DNA from: Eledone cirrhosa
Lineage: Eukaryota
DNA: 64,000 nucleotides
Direction: 5' to 3'
Assembly: GCA_964016885.1 (NCBI GenBank)
Contig: OZ024740.1
Location: forward strand, 405,604,001 to 405,668,000
Part shown: in pieces, positions 63,801-64,000 of the stretch
How positions within the stretch are numbered: the stretch's first letter is position 1
Layout of the letters: each line of letters begins with the position of its first letter
Position numbers and translations under genes: made by a program
Notes under the pieces: model-generated
Databases searched by the model: none
Told to the model about the DNA's origin: nothing
What the model saw: only the letters and a program-made list of their open reading frames with translations

Positions 63801-64000
63801 CTATAGCAGATGTAGTGTGTGTACTATAGTAGATGTAGTGTGTGTACTATAGCAGATGTAGTGTGTATACTATAGTACATGTAGTGTGTGTACTATAGCA
63901 GATGTAGCGTGTGTACTATAGTAGATGTAGTGTGTATACTATAGTAGATGTAGTGTGTATACTATAGTAGATGTAGTGTGTGTACTATAGCAGATGTGGT
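60865..64000. repeat. 23-25-bp satellite (ACTATAGCAGATGTAGTGTGTGT)n running off the window end
   Basis: More than 3 kb of tandem units that vary in GT count. Confidence 0.97.

Overview
AT-rich, repeat-dominated eukaryotic (animal) DNA. The SINE and RTE repertoire suggests a coleoid cephalopod (octopus-like); that is an inference. The only confidently recognisable host gene is the 5' part of a group XV lysosomal phospholipase A2 / LCAT-family gene on the minus strand (exon 1 11907-11997, exon 2 5251-5404). The ORF track misses it. Most of the rest is a layered transposon graveyard. It holds many RTE-clade LINE fragments with (GAT)n tails and a near full-length CR1/L2-type LINE split by a full-length Gypsy LTR element, which is itself split by an RTE. 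It also holds three Penelope-like fragments, Helitron and mariner remnants, several MITEs, tRNA-derived SINEs, mini- and microsatellites, and a 3-kb 23-bp satellite at the right end. The best hidden signals are a well-formed type I hammerhead ribozyme (50880-50957, minus strand) downstream of a Penelope GIY-YIG fragment, an inverted duplication bracketing that Penelope, and two paralogous GC-rich blocks each followed by a foldable RNA-like sequence in intron 1 of the phospholipase gene. Further candidate structured RNAs and a possible divergent spliced gene are weaker. I see no convincing evidence for a new multi-gene system. All coordinates were read by eye, and the boundaries of degenerate repeats are approximate.
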